A stretch of DNA of 64,000 nucleotides, taken from positions 48,856,001 to 48,920,000 of the forward strand of contig NC_043000.1 of NCBI RefSeq assembly GCF_006345805.1, in the 5' to 3' direction. Every line of letters starts with the position of its first letter. Position 1 is the stretch's first letter. The notes under the pieces were generated by a model that was given only the letters and a program-made list of their open reading frames with translations, made no database searches and was not told where the DNA came from. Shown one piece after another: positions 38,028-52,240 of the stretch. The stretch is from Octopus sinensis (lineage: Eukaryota). Both the position numbers and the translations under genes were made by a program.

Positions 38028-41000
38028 TACAAACGTTTGCTTTTATGCCAAGTTATATGTAAAATCAATTAAATAAAACTGAAAGATTACTTCATATATT
38101 TAGTAAAATTAATATCGTTAACGTCTTCAAGGAAAAGGATGAGAGTAACTTCGAAGTTTCGGTTTGCTATCCTTCAAAAGTCTGATATAGGCGAGTAACC
38201 TGAGACTTTGGAGTCATTGTCAATACTTTCATTTAAAATATGTACAACCATTATTTTTCTTATAAATGGTCGATGACCCTGCATTCATCTGGGCTCAACG
38301 AGTTATATATAACATATTTGAAGCTCTATAAGTTGTTTGTATTTAGTGAAGGTGTTTCTAATTTGTATACTAAAACTGCACGCTACTTATATTTAGAAGC
38401 ATTTATGTATACATCTATATAATTATTTATTTTATCTATCTGTGTGTATGTGTAATTAATAGGTTTATACATGAATGGTATATTCGCTCGTTTACCTAAT
38501 TGCTTAATAACGTTGTATGTTTGGATATTATCCATACATGAAATACACTGACGAAAAATAAATCTATAAATATGTTTTCTCTCATAACAGGTTTTCCATT
38601 TTTTTTTAAGTGGATAAAAATAAAACATCCCTATTAACTCACTTTATTTTCATTCAGTCAAATTATATCTGAAACTATAAATAGAGAAATAGAGAGAGCA
38701 TACTTGAAGTAGCTAATTAAACACTGGACAGAAAATACGCAACTGTTTTATAATTATTTACATAACCTTCAGAACAAGAGCTCACTGAGAACCAAGCCAG
38801 AATTATTGATATAGGTTTCCTCTGAGCAAATATCCTCGTTTCTTGCTTAAAAACTATATTCAACATATGCTATGCTTACCTGTAATAACAGAAGCTTTGT
38901 AATCGATTTATTTTCATCTTCAACAGATGTTCATGCTATTTTTCATTCTACTTGGTTTTGCAATTAATTAGAACTATCTTCAGGGCACCTCCAATAAAAT
39001 AATAAAAAAAAAGCCGAGAGCTCGTTTTAAAATCGATTAGAAGCTGTCTGGGTCTCGCTTATGGTGTTTTATATAGAATTCTATCACCTGCTCTTCTTAC
39101 ATTTTAGTAGTGAAAATTGTCATTGAATAAAATTTTAAAGAGATTTTTCGCTTTGTTTTGATTGTTGCTCTCTCTTAAAAAAAATATTAGTAAACTCCCG
39201 CTATTTACAATTGAACAAAATCACTATTTTATGATCGGGATATTTTTGTAAATATGAAAAAATATAATAGTTTAGGAATAATCTTAATTAATTACTAATT
39301 GAAATGTGCGGATGTTAATGAAATTAATTTGGAGCTCTGGAAAAGAAGATTTTTTATTTTTAAATAACATACACATATCTCCTTCATATATTTTAAATTG
39401 TATTCAGGCTCCGTTTCGACAATCACGACTTCATTAAAATTACATCATCCAAAACTGTGACTCACTGAGAATATTTGGCATCATTAATACATATTTATTT
39501 TTACTACGCCAGGTGAAACTCCAATTAATTATTACCTGAGAGAGACATCTTCATTCTACATAAATTATTCTTTGCCGATGTTTAAACTGATAACTATCTT
39601 CATTGAGTAGAAATATGTTTCCAGTTGTGACTAACACGTCTTTTATTCGCACATGCTGTATGTAGAATGATTCGATGTTTCCTTCTATTTTAAGAGATTA
39701 GAATGTGGTTAGTGTTTTGACTGCTATTTCTTACTGACAGAAGGTAACTCGTCTTGAATAATTTACATTAGGCATCATATGCATTGTAATGCATTAAGTT
39801 ACTACGCACTTTCAAGTGATTAGTGTTAGTTGTATTATTACTTTCTCTGATAATCTATAGAAATTGTGTCTGGGATTTGAACCCTAACTGCATGATAACC
39901 ATTTAGGCACCACGAATGACTCACCACAGTTTCAGGAGATTGATCTATAAGTTGACCAAACAGCTTCAAGCTGTGACGTGTTATGGCTTTCTCGAATGCT
40001 CTTAAATTTAACTTCTTGTCGCCTATAGCAACAATTCGGCACTTAAATCACCGCAAATTTTTGAGGTCAGCTGACTGACTCATACAAAAGACCAATGATG
40101 CTCTGATCGAACTCGGACTTTTGCATAGACAACTTCCGGTATTCTAACACACCACATGATGTCCCAGAGATCACTTTTAACATTTACACAGCGGTTTTTC
40201 CCTCTTCTCATTCGGCAATTATTAATATCGTTCATTGTAAATGCCCAACATCCAATATATTATATTCGGCAATAAAAGTTGCAAATAAATGTTCGTGAGT
40301 CCCCCCTCCGTTTTTATTCACGCAGCCAGCACGACATTTCACACGTACACTACAACAATGTTGATATAATGTTAAAAGAAAAGCATTATATCAACATTCA
40401 GCAACAGCGACTCAGACGTTTGAAGTATATCATCCTTGACTAGTTCAGCTCAAGCAGCAAGCAAACCTCTGTAATGGCTGGTGAATTATTTTTGAAGAAT
40501 TAATGAAGGGAGATTACTGGTTTTAGGTAGTTTTAGCTAAGGAGCGTGGTAGAAGGATAGTAACTGTTAAGAGGAATAGAGACGAGGTTGATGTGTGGTG
40601 GATGCAACTACGTTCGAAACTAATATAGAGCGATTGGGGGTTTATAACATTACAACAGATATCATTCAGGGAGACGTATTCTGCTGCCCATGACACATAC
40701 ACACAGGCAGATGCACACAAACACACACACACACACACACAAAACATTAGCATACGCACACATGTACACAAACACGTGTATAATTTATCTCTCCAGCAAC
40801 GCCTCCCTTTCATTCTATCCCTCCCCCTCTCTCTCTCTTTCTCTCATACATACATATACAGAACCGTGTTGTGATATACTGAATTCCTTTCGAGGCAGTG
40901 AAGCCTAAATAAAGATAGCAATTATAACGAAGTGTTGTTTGAAGGTGTTGTTGTTTACTCACAAGTTCGAGTAAATCTTTAATCCCAACTTATTTTAGTT

Positions 41001-41322
41001 ACGACGGTCTGATCTGGTTTGTGCGATGAGCCGTATACTAACAGTGTATATATTCCCATTACATTATGTTATCCTATATTGATGCTATTAACTCTGTTGT
41101 ATTATACATCTGTATGTTTACAATTTGACTGTTTTCTTTAATAATCTAACGTTTATCATTTATACGTAATTTGATTTCGTTTTGTGCTTTAAATTTTATT
41201 TTCTGTTCGACGTTAATATATCAAAAACAGTATTTCAACAGGCTGCGTTTGTCTTCGGTTAAACTGGAAATAACTCTCTAATATTCTCCCATTTGCTTTT
41301 ACAAAACGTGACAGAGTAGTAC

Positions 41323-41420
41323 ATATAAAATAGTGTATATAAATGTATAATCTGCCATATAAAATAGTGTATATAAATGTATAATCTGCCATATAAAATA
41401 GTGTGTATAAATGTATAATG
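41323..41420. repeat. 34-bp minisatellite, ~3 copies
   Basis: ATATAAAATAGTGTATATAAATGTATAATCTGCC repeated. Confidence 0.9.
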
Positions 41421-41520
41421 GGCATACAAGAGTGGTTACTGACACAAGAGTGGCTGTAGGCGCAGGAATAACTGTGTGGTAAGAAGCTTGCTTACCACCA
41501 CATTCTAGCAGCTCGCCGCC

Positions 41521-41535
41521 TTAATAATAATAATG

Positions 41536-41596
<61 letters not shown>

Positions 41597-41640
41597 GTAC
41601 TATTACTATTATTATTTTTATTATTATTGTTGTTATTGTT
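41521..41640. repeat. (AAT)n followed by (TAT)n microsatellite
   Basis: Direct inspection. Confidence 0.9.
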
Positions 41641-43255
41641 GTTATATGCCCTGATGCATATATATATATACATATATATATGTATGTATATATCATCGTT
41701 TGTTTTTTACGCTTTTACTTGTTTCAGTCATTTGACTGCAGGCATGATGGAGCATCGCCTTGAAGGGTTTTAGTCGAACGAATCGAACTACTTTTTTAAA
41801 GCCTAGTACATATGCTGTGGGTATCTTTAGCCGAAGCGCTAAATTACAGGGACGTTAACAGACCAACATACATACCAACAAACAAACATACCAACAAACA
41901 TCTTAACAGGCAGTTATGCCAGAACTGGGATCTTAAATATATATGTGAGGCCATTCTAATGTTGTTTCTTTCAACAATACAAACACAAAAATACAACCAC
42001 TCCACATTTTAAGAGAATATTTTTACTCTCCTCAGATTATGAGAAACACGCAACTAGCGTCATCAATCTCACTAAAAATTCTTGTCCTCACTAGCCTCGG
42101 GATGTCTCGTGCTAAATGCACATTCTCAACTTAGTAAGAGATAGAGTCTGCTTTAGAGAGGGTTACTTTCGCAGTTCCAAAAATACTATCGTTACTGCAA
42201 TGGTCGATATTTTGGAACTGGTTGTAGATACCAACTTCACCTTTCAGACATCCATGACTAAACCAGCAATCTCCGACTTGTTTTCTATAGTGCGTCTGCT
42301 CACAATTTCAACCAGAGAACCGATAAACCTGATTCCTTCTGCCCAGAACCTTACCTTTCTGGAATTCTTTCCATTCCCATACTTTGTTTTATTTTCTTTG
42401 TGTCTACTTTGAAAACAACGATGTTTTAGGTCACGTACAGTCTGCGAAAGAAATGAGGAAATGTCTATCAAGCCCAAACAAATATAAGGACACGGAATTT
42501 CGTGGAAGGGAATATTACGGCTGCTCGACATTTAGTTATTTGTTTGAATTAATAAATATGTGTATAAGAATACGTGTGCAACTTTGATGTATGTCGTTGA
42601 TGGATGCAAAACTGAACGGGAGCACTGACAAATCGGTCCCTTAGAAAGGCAAAGTACCATGCATGTATTTATTCATTGTAAAACACCTAGAAATAAACTT
42701 TAGGCACTCGTATTGATTGGTCAATAGGAAAACTATAACCAATATGGCTAATGTTTACCGAAAGCGATATGAAAGCAGAAAAAGACCAATGGCAGAAGTC
42801 AACATACATGAGCTTCGTAGGAGTTATTCAGGCACTGTTTATTTCAATACTCTGAGTGTAAAAAGATGTTTGAATGTTTCATTCAGATTAAACTATATGA
42901 AATTAATATTACGCTAAGTCTGCATGAATAAATCGATCTCGTTGCACGAAGCTACTTACACAATTCATCAAGTAATAAAATATGAGGTGGAATCTGGTAA
43001 GTTTAAAATTGAGATATAGCTATAGAAAACTACTTAACTCAGTCTTCAAGCAATCTGTTACGCCGCTGCGCTGTCGCTTTTATGAAAAATGATGTGACAT
43101 TACACAAAGACAATGGAGATAACGTATGTATTATTCCGTCTTACGCTAAGACGGAGTAGTGTTAAAATGGCTGTGTGTATGCAGGTATGCATCTATGTAT
43201 ATAAGTATCTTTACACGTCTAAGACACCCGATCTATTTCAGAGAGAGGCAGAGAA

Positions 43256-43290
<35 letters not shown>

Positions 43291-43998
43291 TGACTGAGGA
43301 GACAGGAGAAATATCCACATTATATTTGAGATTAGCGAGCATTCTGCAACAAATGGTGAGCTCCATGCTAAGTTAGGAGAGCATTGTTTTATTGATTTAG
43401 TCCGTGCTCAAACAAGATATAAACAACCTAATTTCCTAGTCCCCTATAACACAGAGTCTTTCAACCTCGTAATGAAAAACAACATTACATACAAAACATC
43501 AATACAGGACAACTTATTGTCATCAACTAACCATCCCCGACGTACCACAGTTTTTATTATTGCTCTCGTATATGACGATTTTGTGTTTGTTATCAGCATT
43601 CAGGCATAACAATTGATGTTTTTTCATATCCCGAAAGTTCTTTGTTCTGTTTTGTATAAAGAATGCATTTAGCTTTTATAATACAATTTGTTATGTCACT
43701 TGATGTGGAATATTGGTGTTGTGGATTTCCTGTAGTGTTACTTTGTATCAATGTCAGCACGTTATGACACCGCACGTTCCCTATAACAGCTATAAAATGC
43801 ATATGTTACAAAGGTAAAAATCCATTTTAGCATACAATGAAAAACTTTAATCGTTGCTTGTAGTATGAATAACTTAATAAATATTTTTATGATAAATCTT
43901 TGGGAACATGGTACAGTAAGGAACATACTTTTTATACGCTAAGCTTTTAAGAGAAGTATACGGCTGTATACTCTTACATATACGCACATACTTTCAAG

Positions 43999-44061
<63 letters not shown>

Positions 44062-45822
44062 GAGAGAGAGACGGCCTCGTATATTTTTTAATATTATTTT
44101 GGCATATATCTGCATAATACTTAATTCATAAATTTTTATGCCAGGTTTCCAATTTGAACGTAGTATTGCCTCCTACACGTAGCATTCTATCATTCAGTCT
44201 AGATGATAACAGTTTACTTCGGCAACATCTCTTTCTATTGTATGATTTAGTAACATCTTAATGACATTTCAAGAAACTCTTTAATAAATGTCTGCATTTC
44301 ATTTTCGCAGCAGTCATTTTTCATTATATCTATAGCGGCAGGTGACTCTCTTTATAATTTTATAATGGAATAAACGTTGTATAGACTTGGAAGTAATTAA
44401 ACATTTTGAAAAAGACATTTCAAATAAATGTAAGCCAGAAAATATATCTTTATATAAAAATAAGGGAATCTTCTCATTAGCTTTTATATGCTGAGAATAA
44501 ATCTACAAAGAATGTTATACATGAAAATCTTTAATAGAATGGGTTTCTTATCGAGAAAACTAAGGTTAACTTTTAAAGTTCATTTTGTTTCAATAGTGCC
44601 TATGTTTATGAATGAGAGATAAAAAGCCAGGCCTATTAATGAAATCCTATTCATTTCTTGCTAAAATGAGAGTTACACATTTACTGTTGTTGTTATATTA
44701 ATGTTTTCATATGGAATCAACTCAATGATTACCCTTTACGAAAATAAATATGTGAGGACGTGTAATTTATGTGCTAAGAAATATTGCATCTTACTCGTCA
44801 AATATTCATTAAATACCATCGGGACCAAATTTCCAATATTGTACTTTGTTTCTGTCTCGTCTTCATAGCATAAAAGACACTGTTTTATAAAGTCGGTGTA
44901 GAGTATGAATTCTGAAATAAAATAGAAAGTAATATACTAATGGGAAACTCGATAAATAACTGAACGTTTATGAATGAATATTGATCCGTCTTCAAAAATC
45001 AAGTTTGCTTGATTATTCATTGAACTGTTCAAAGACTTCTTAGGCTGGAGCACAAATTATGCAACGGCTATTTTATATTGGAAAGCCACAGCCTTCTGCT
45101 AGAAATAGCACTTTCATCTCTGTATACACTGGCTGAAGGATGAAAGATATCGCTTCATGATTTTCTACTTACATTATCGATTTCCCTCTTTAAGTGAATA
45201 TCAAGTTTTAATTTATAATCGATATTTTTATATAACTCCATTTTCTGAATTAGATGTACCCACGCACTGACAGGCACGCATATTATATATATGTACATAT
45301 ATATATATATATATAATATATATATATATAATCATGTATATGTGCAGACGAACTTTTTACCTGTACTTATTTATATCTATATGAGTGTCTGTGTATGTAA
45401 GTGTATGCATGGGTGGGTGGGTGTATGTGTGTATGTGTGCGTGTGTGTTATACGTACATATATCTTTTATCTTTCACAATTTACTTGTTTCACTCATTGA
45501 ACTGCGGTGACGCTGGAGCATTGCCTTATAAGGTTTAGACAAACAAAGCGACCCCTGTACTGGTATATATTCTATCGGTCCGTTATGTTACAAGGACGTA
45601 AACACAAACATCAGTAGTATTCCAACGCTGGTGGGGAAACACCCACAGACAGGCACATGCACACATAGAACAAAATATACATGTACACACACGTACACAT
45701 AGGTATAAATGATGGGCTTCTACCAAATCTAATCACATCCTTGTTTGGCTCGCTGTTATAGTAGAATATTTTTGTCCATGGACTGAGCCCGCAGAGCCAT
45801 ATATATATATAAATATATATAT

Positions 45823-46140
45823 AAGTGGATTTGGTAGACGGAAACTGAAAGAAGTGAGTGGATTTGGTAGACGGAAACTGAAAGAAGCCTGTCGTATATA
45901 TGTATATATATATAAGTGAGTGTGTATATGTTTGTGTGTCTGTGTTTGTCCCCCTAGCATTGCTTGACAACCGATGCTGTTGTGTTTACGTCCCCGTCAC
46001 TTAGCGGTTCGGCGAAAGAGACCGATAGAATAAGTACTGGGCTTACAAAGAATAAGTCCTGGGGTCGATTTGCTCGACTAAAGGCGGTGCTCCAGCATGG
46101 CCGCAGTCAAATGACTGAAACAAGTAAAAGAGTAAAAGAG
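45823..46140 (+). mobile_element. SINE family B body and tail with an internal tandem duplication
   Basis: AGTGGATTTGGTAGACGGAAACTGAAAGAAG occurs twice, followed by the family-B tail. Confidence 0.8.
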
Positions 46141-46684
46141 AGAATAAAGTAAGATCCAAGTACCAAAGTGTAGGAAGATAGTCAGCTTCGAACAGTCCAT
46201 AGACTGTATAAAAATCCACTTTCAGGAACAATAGTATTTATTGACGTAGAAGGCTGTAAGTTTCCCTCGTATCGAATTTCGGTAAACTGAAAAAATTGTT
46301 TTCTGGCTTTCGGTTAGCAACATGGTTTGCTGTGTATGCGAATATATATCCAATCTTCGGGAATGGAGTAGATAAAATCAAAGCTGTATATGCTTCATAG
46401 CTAACAGAACTTCTGAAGCAATAATTATCCAAACGAGTGGGTAATCCGCTAGCTACTCATCGGACCAAAGTTACTTTAATCAAAGGAAGTTAACATTGTC
46501 GTCAGGGATCCAATGTTGAGTCGATTGAAACCTTGAAACCTTTTGATTAAGGTATCGGTGAGCAGATGAGTAGCTATTGGATTACTCCTTGTTTGGACAA
46601 TTACTACTTACGAGGTTTTGGTACCTTGGTACCTACGAAACATATGTAGCCTGGTTTTCATCTACCCCATTCCCTAACTTTGGC

Positions 46685-46755
<71 letters not shown>

Positions 46756-46809
46756 ATATGTATGAGTGTATTTGTGTGCATGTTTGTATACGGTTGTGTG
46801 AACACATAC

Positions 46810-47290
46810 ATTCGTGCTCAAAATTATTCATACTTGCCACAAGTTCTCGATCGGATTCAGGTCAGGACTCTGACTTGGCCATCCTTCGACGTTGACAGCA
46901 TTGCCCTTTAACCATTTCTTCACTACTTTGGCGGTATGCTTCGTATTATTGTCCTGCTGGTACTTTCAATTGTAACCGCGCTGGAGTTTCTCAGCGGATA
47001 CCTTCGCGTTTTCACTCAGGATCTTGATGTAATCCTCCTTTCTCATGATTCTTTGGACCTTGACAAGGTCCCCTGTGCCACTGGAAGTGAAGCATCCCCA
47101 TAGCATTATGTTTCCACTACCATGCTTAACGGTGGACACAGTGTTCTTCGGCTTGTATGTTTCTCCTTTCTTCATCCAGACGTATTCAGCACCCATATGG
47201 CCAAATAACTCCAACTTCGTTTCAGCAGACTATAAAATGGTTGACCAAAAGCTGAGATCTTGCTTCAGGTGACCTATAGTAAAGGCCAGG
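46810..47290 (-). mobile_element. Tc1 (DD34E-type) transposase catalytic-domain fragment
   Basis: TVKHGSGNIMLWGCFTSSGTG...[12 protein letters not shown]...[15 protein letters not shown]. Confidence 0.9.
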
Positions 47291-47993
47291 TGATCCTCCA
47301 GAAGTTTCTTTGTTAATTTATTCTATTTATATATTAACTTTGATAAATAATAAATTTCTAGGTCGGTAAATAGATAAACTAAATTACTCAACATATGATT
47401 TTTAAATAGTTTGAAATAAGTAAAAGTCAGTAAAAATTAGTAAAAATCAGTAAAAATCTAATTGTTTATTATTTTTATAATTATAATACGATTAATGTAT
47501 ATTGATTATACAATTATTCTTAAAATTGACGTTAATCTTAAAATTGAGTTTCTAAATTAAGATTAAAAATTTAGAATAATACCATCTAATATAATTTTGT
47601 ATTAAGAAACTAAGATATCTGAAATTAACTTCTAATTATTTAATTTTAGTTTGTCATGTCTTTATATATGATGTAAATAACAAAATACGTTCATATAAGA
47701 TAGACCTGAAGATTGGCAATATAATCGTTTTAATATGGTATTGTATTTGGAGACATTCTATTTCAGCAATACCGAGGAATATGTTGTCATGAAGCGCGCG
47801 TAGACTAGATAATGTAAAGTATATGATTTGAAATAGGAACTGAAGGGATTAATTTCGATTATTTGGAATAAGAATTGTAGGTATTACAATTTATATTATA
47901 TATGTATATAATACAGTGAGTAATTCATTTTAGTACCACTAAATTGAACTTCTCTCCCTTTGGACTCGCAAATAACTTCCCTAATATTAATAT

Positions 47994-48046
<53 letters not shown>

Positions 48047-48856
48047 CATACACCCAAATATATGCGCACATTCACCTACACACGCGCATCCAATAGCACT
48101 CATGGATATATGTATACGTATATATACGCACGTACACCAACTTATACGATCATTTATGTTCATGCTTATATATAAATCAAAATTTGAAAGGTAACATCAC
48201 AATAAAACAAATGTGAGGTGTTACTTAAAACCTATATGGGGAGAATGATGGAGAAAATGATACTAAACCTATGAGGTGAAATGATTTGTACATAAGGAAC
48301 ATTCAATATACGAAGTTCCATCAAATTCTTGTGCAAGAGAAGAAAATCATAGTTAGATGAGTAGTTATTAAATAAGTATAATAATGGATGTCGACAATTG
48401 ACAATTCATTACGCTTAAGTATCGGATATCAACCGTAATCATGGACATAGCCTCGCGTGAACATAATCAACAATTGTGTCCCGCCCCATGACAAGGAGGG
48501 CGGAATTGATAATAGACAACTATGGTTTAAATTTCACTCCTTTCGAATATAATTTAAGGCCATGTTCGGCTAACGAATTAGAAAGTCTGCGCCGTTCGTT
48601 ATTGTTTATATCTTACATTTACTTGTTATATTGTGAATTCGCCTCCTTTCTTCCTACCATTTGTTGATACACGATTCATGTATACAGAAGAGTAAAAGTT
48701 ATTCCATAAACTGTATTTCAACATATTGTCTGACTAGAAGTTTGACGATCGATATGATACGCACCCATTATCGTCAATCGACCACTGAAACGTTGGTAAT
48801 AAATGAAATACCAACCATTTGCTTTCTGGTTATTCTTTTAAACTATATACATATAC

Positions 48857-48909
<53 letters not shown>

Positions 48910-50810
48910 CACCAATATGATTATACGGTACGGGAGTATGAGGAGAGAGAGTAGATCCTCAATGCTCCCGCTACCTGGATGATTTCAACATAACAGCCAG
49001 ATCACCCTTACAAGACAATGTTGATGATCTAAAAGCTAACACTACGGAGAGCATCCAGCATCCAAAAAATGGCTAAGTCCTTCTACCAGATTATTGAAAT
49101 AACGATTGACTACTCTAACCTAACTATAGATTACCCATTTTAGATACTGAACTCTGGCTAGAAACGAAGAACGGTAATATCCAGATTCTTCGCTCTCATT
49201 ATGCCAAACCCATGGCCTCTAAGTACCTTGTTCACAAGAACACAGCGATTGCGGACAATGCCGAGTTCAACATTCTCATAGCTGACTTGGTGAGAGTGAT
49301 GAAGAATGTCTCCCATGTGCAACCCTATGGAATTGGAAAGACACATACAACACTTCGTCCACCGCATGCAGTTGTATGGTTACAACCAAAGGAACAGGAT
49401 TAGAGTGTACAAAGGAGCCAGGACCAAGTACAAATCCATCATAGCAAGTGATCCTAAGGGGATCTACCTTCTGTGCGGAAGTAAATCCTGGAATTGCACG
49501 TAAAGGACCAGTAATAAGATAAATAAGGCCAACACTTTGTATGACAACAAAAAATACCAGAATGCCATGCTCTTTGATGCTACACCTCGTAGCGAACTAG
49601 AACTCATTTTTAGAAAACATTAAGTAAAGCTAATCTACGAATTAAAATAGTAGAGAGGCCTGGTGCCCGTCTAAAATCCTTGATCTGCAATACCCATCCG
49701 TTTGATAAGTCTCCTTGTGAGGAATGCAATTGTGTTGTATGTAAGATTAATCCACAGGTTAAGTGTAAGGTTAGGAATGCAATGTATAGCTTACGGTGTA
49801 CTGAGGGACGGTGCAGAAACATTACCACTACTTACATAGGAGAGACTGTATGCAGCATAGGAGAGCGTATAAGTGAATATTGGCGAGATCTCAAAGAAGG
49901 GAAACGCTCGTTAGTGCTCTAGGCAGAACATGGATGCTCGATAATAGCATAGAGGTTGAAGTACTATTGATACATAGAAATGACATGACACTTAGATTAC
50001 AGAAGCTACACACACAATAGTAGATATACCCTGCCTTAATAGACAGAAAACATGAATGGAACAGTAACACCCACCACTACACCACATGACTAAAGACATT
50101 AGAGATGTGAAGAGAGAGGGAAAGTGAAAAAAGAAATAACCGTAAATAATACGCAGCAACATAGAGAGTAATATACACACAATAGACATATATGCACCTA
50201 CTTGTGATACTTATGAGACATAGAGATAGATGTATAAAAAATAAATAAATAAATATATGAATTGGTAAATAAATGAATACATAAATATATCTGCCACATA
50301 CCTGTGATAAATGTAAGACAGAAATAAGTAAAATAAATAAATATAATTATATAAAGTGCATGGATACATACGAAGCGAACCCCCATATACACACACAAAT
50401 CCACACGCATGAAACTTCAGGGACAGCCTTACGGTGTCAACAATACAACTAACACGGTCAGCAGCAGCGGTGGTGCTGGTGATGGCAACAACAACAACAA
50501 CTATCACCGTGGGCGAACACACATACAGAAAGGAATACAGGAACTGTACCGTGTTTTTTTGTCTTGGGTCTTAGGACAGCTGCAGGACAATGGGGTGAGC
50601 GGATGGATGGGGCTGAGGGGAAGGCCACACTGCAGCTAAAAACTTTGACACATACACAAGCACACACGCAGACAGAATGGAGCAAGTGGAACAAGAACAC
50701 ACACGGAAGCGAAAGGTGTCGCTGAAGAGGTCACAGATGTATGACGAAAGATTTCCGGACAATGGACAGGCGTTGAAATAACAAAATAAGAACAGTAATA
50801 AACGAGTCAA
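48910..50810 (+). mobile_element. 5'-truncated, decayed Penelope-like retroelement (RT + GIY-YIG + 3' terminal region)
   Basis: RYLDD at 48969-48983, LPILDTELW...KPMASKYLVHKN, GIY-YIG NAMYSLRC...TYIGETVCSIGERISE (49680-49922), and a terminal HHR-like motif. Confidence 0.85.
50717..50761 (+). ncRNA. Degenerate type I hammerhead-like motif at the Penelope-like element 3' end
   Basis: UGUCG-CUGAAGA-G-GUCA(CAGAUGUA)UGAC-GAAA-GAUU-UC-CGGACA. Stem I is imperfect (one C short of UGUCCG). Confidence 0.55.
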
Positions 50811-50890
50811 GAAAAATATTTATATAGTGCGTGTGTTTATTTGGAAAAAAAATAATAGTAATAATAAACAAAATGACCATACCGAAATGT

Positions 50891-51084
<194 letters not shown>

Positions 51085-51100
51085 ATATATATATATATAT

Positions 51101-51231
51101 AGGCGCAGGAGTGGCTGTGTGGTAAGTAGCTTGCTAACCAGCCACATGGTTCCGGGTTCAGTCCCACTGCGTGGCATCTTGAGCAAGTGTCTTCTGCTAT
51201 AGAAGTGGATTTGGTAGACGGAAAGTGAAAG

Positions 51232-51268
<37 letters not shown>

Positions 51269-51483
51269 ACGTGTTTGTGTGTCTGTGTTTGTCCCCCTAG
51301 CATTGCTTGACAACCGATGCTGGTGTGTCTATGTCCCCGTTGCTTAGCGGTTCGGCAAAAGAGACCGATAGAATAAGTACTGGGCTTACAAAAGAATAAG
51401 TCCCGGGGTCGATTTGCTCGACTAAAGGCGGTGCTCCAGCACGGCCGCAGTCAAATGACTGAAACAAGTAAAAGAGTAAAGAG
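51101..51483 (+). mobile_element. SINE family B, full-length with internal deletion
   Basis: AGGCGCAGGAGTGGCTGTGTGGTAAG...GGTTCAGTCCCACTGCGTGGCATCTTGAGCAAGTGTC...CTGAAACAAGTAAAAGAG. Confidence 0.85.
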
Positions 51484-51509
51484 TATATATAGGTTAAATA
51501 ATAATCCGG

Positions 51510-52240
51510 TGTGCTTTGTGCAACTCAGAAACTTGCAGGTCTTACAAGCTCAACTTCTGGATCAATCGTAATGGCGAAACCCCTTTCATCTCATCAGCAG
51601 GTATCTCAGTGTCACAAGCCTTCCGTCCTTTCCGTACCACTTTCTGCCACACTTTGTGGTCATGTTGTCATGTCTGAATTTGTCGGCCTCATACAGTGTT
51701 ACGTGCCTCCGAGGCTTTGAATTCCTTCGCCACTAATGAAATTGGTAGGGGAAGCTTATCGGTCTTACTGTAAATATTGACTGAATTGAATACTGGAAGA
51801 ACATCCAGTGACCTTTATACGAATTTACCATAGACTTCTCTATTGCCTCCACTCGAATCCTGTCAAAGTATACTTTGAATCTCCCAAGTAGCTGACTTTT
51901 ATCATCAACCCTAATTAGGTTTTATTTTCTTTGGTATTGCCAATATACTTGAAGGTACGATCGTAATTCTTCCCATGGAATCAGACTTCTTTTTCTTAGA
52001 TTGCTAGAATATCAAAACTCTGAATGCTGAAGGCGTCATCTGTCAGCCTTCCTTGAGGGATACTAAAACTCCAAGATTTTTGTGGACTGATTTTCATTCC
52101 TGACCATTTGGCCTTATTTTCCAGCAGGCTGGGTGTCTATCGTATTGTTTGGGTTCGTGGTGGTATGACCGATATGTCATCCGTGATGGCACTGCAGACG
52201 AGATACAGTAGGAGTGACAACCTGTCTCACAAAAATAGCT
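51510..52240 (-). mobile_element. Probable decayed RTE-type LINE 3' fragment
   Basis: Minus-strand remnant HKVWQKVVRKGRKAC..ADEMK resembles RTE C-termini. Multiple stops. Confidence 0.45.

Noticed and set aside
51580-51605. CTGATGA-GAT-GAAA on the minus strand
   Set aside because: No room for stem II, and it lies in LINE-derived coding remnant.
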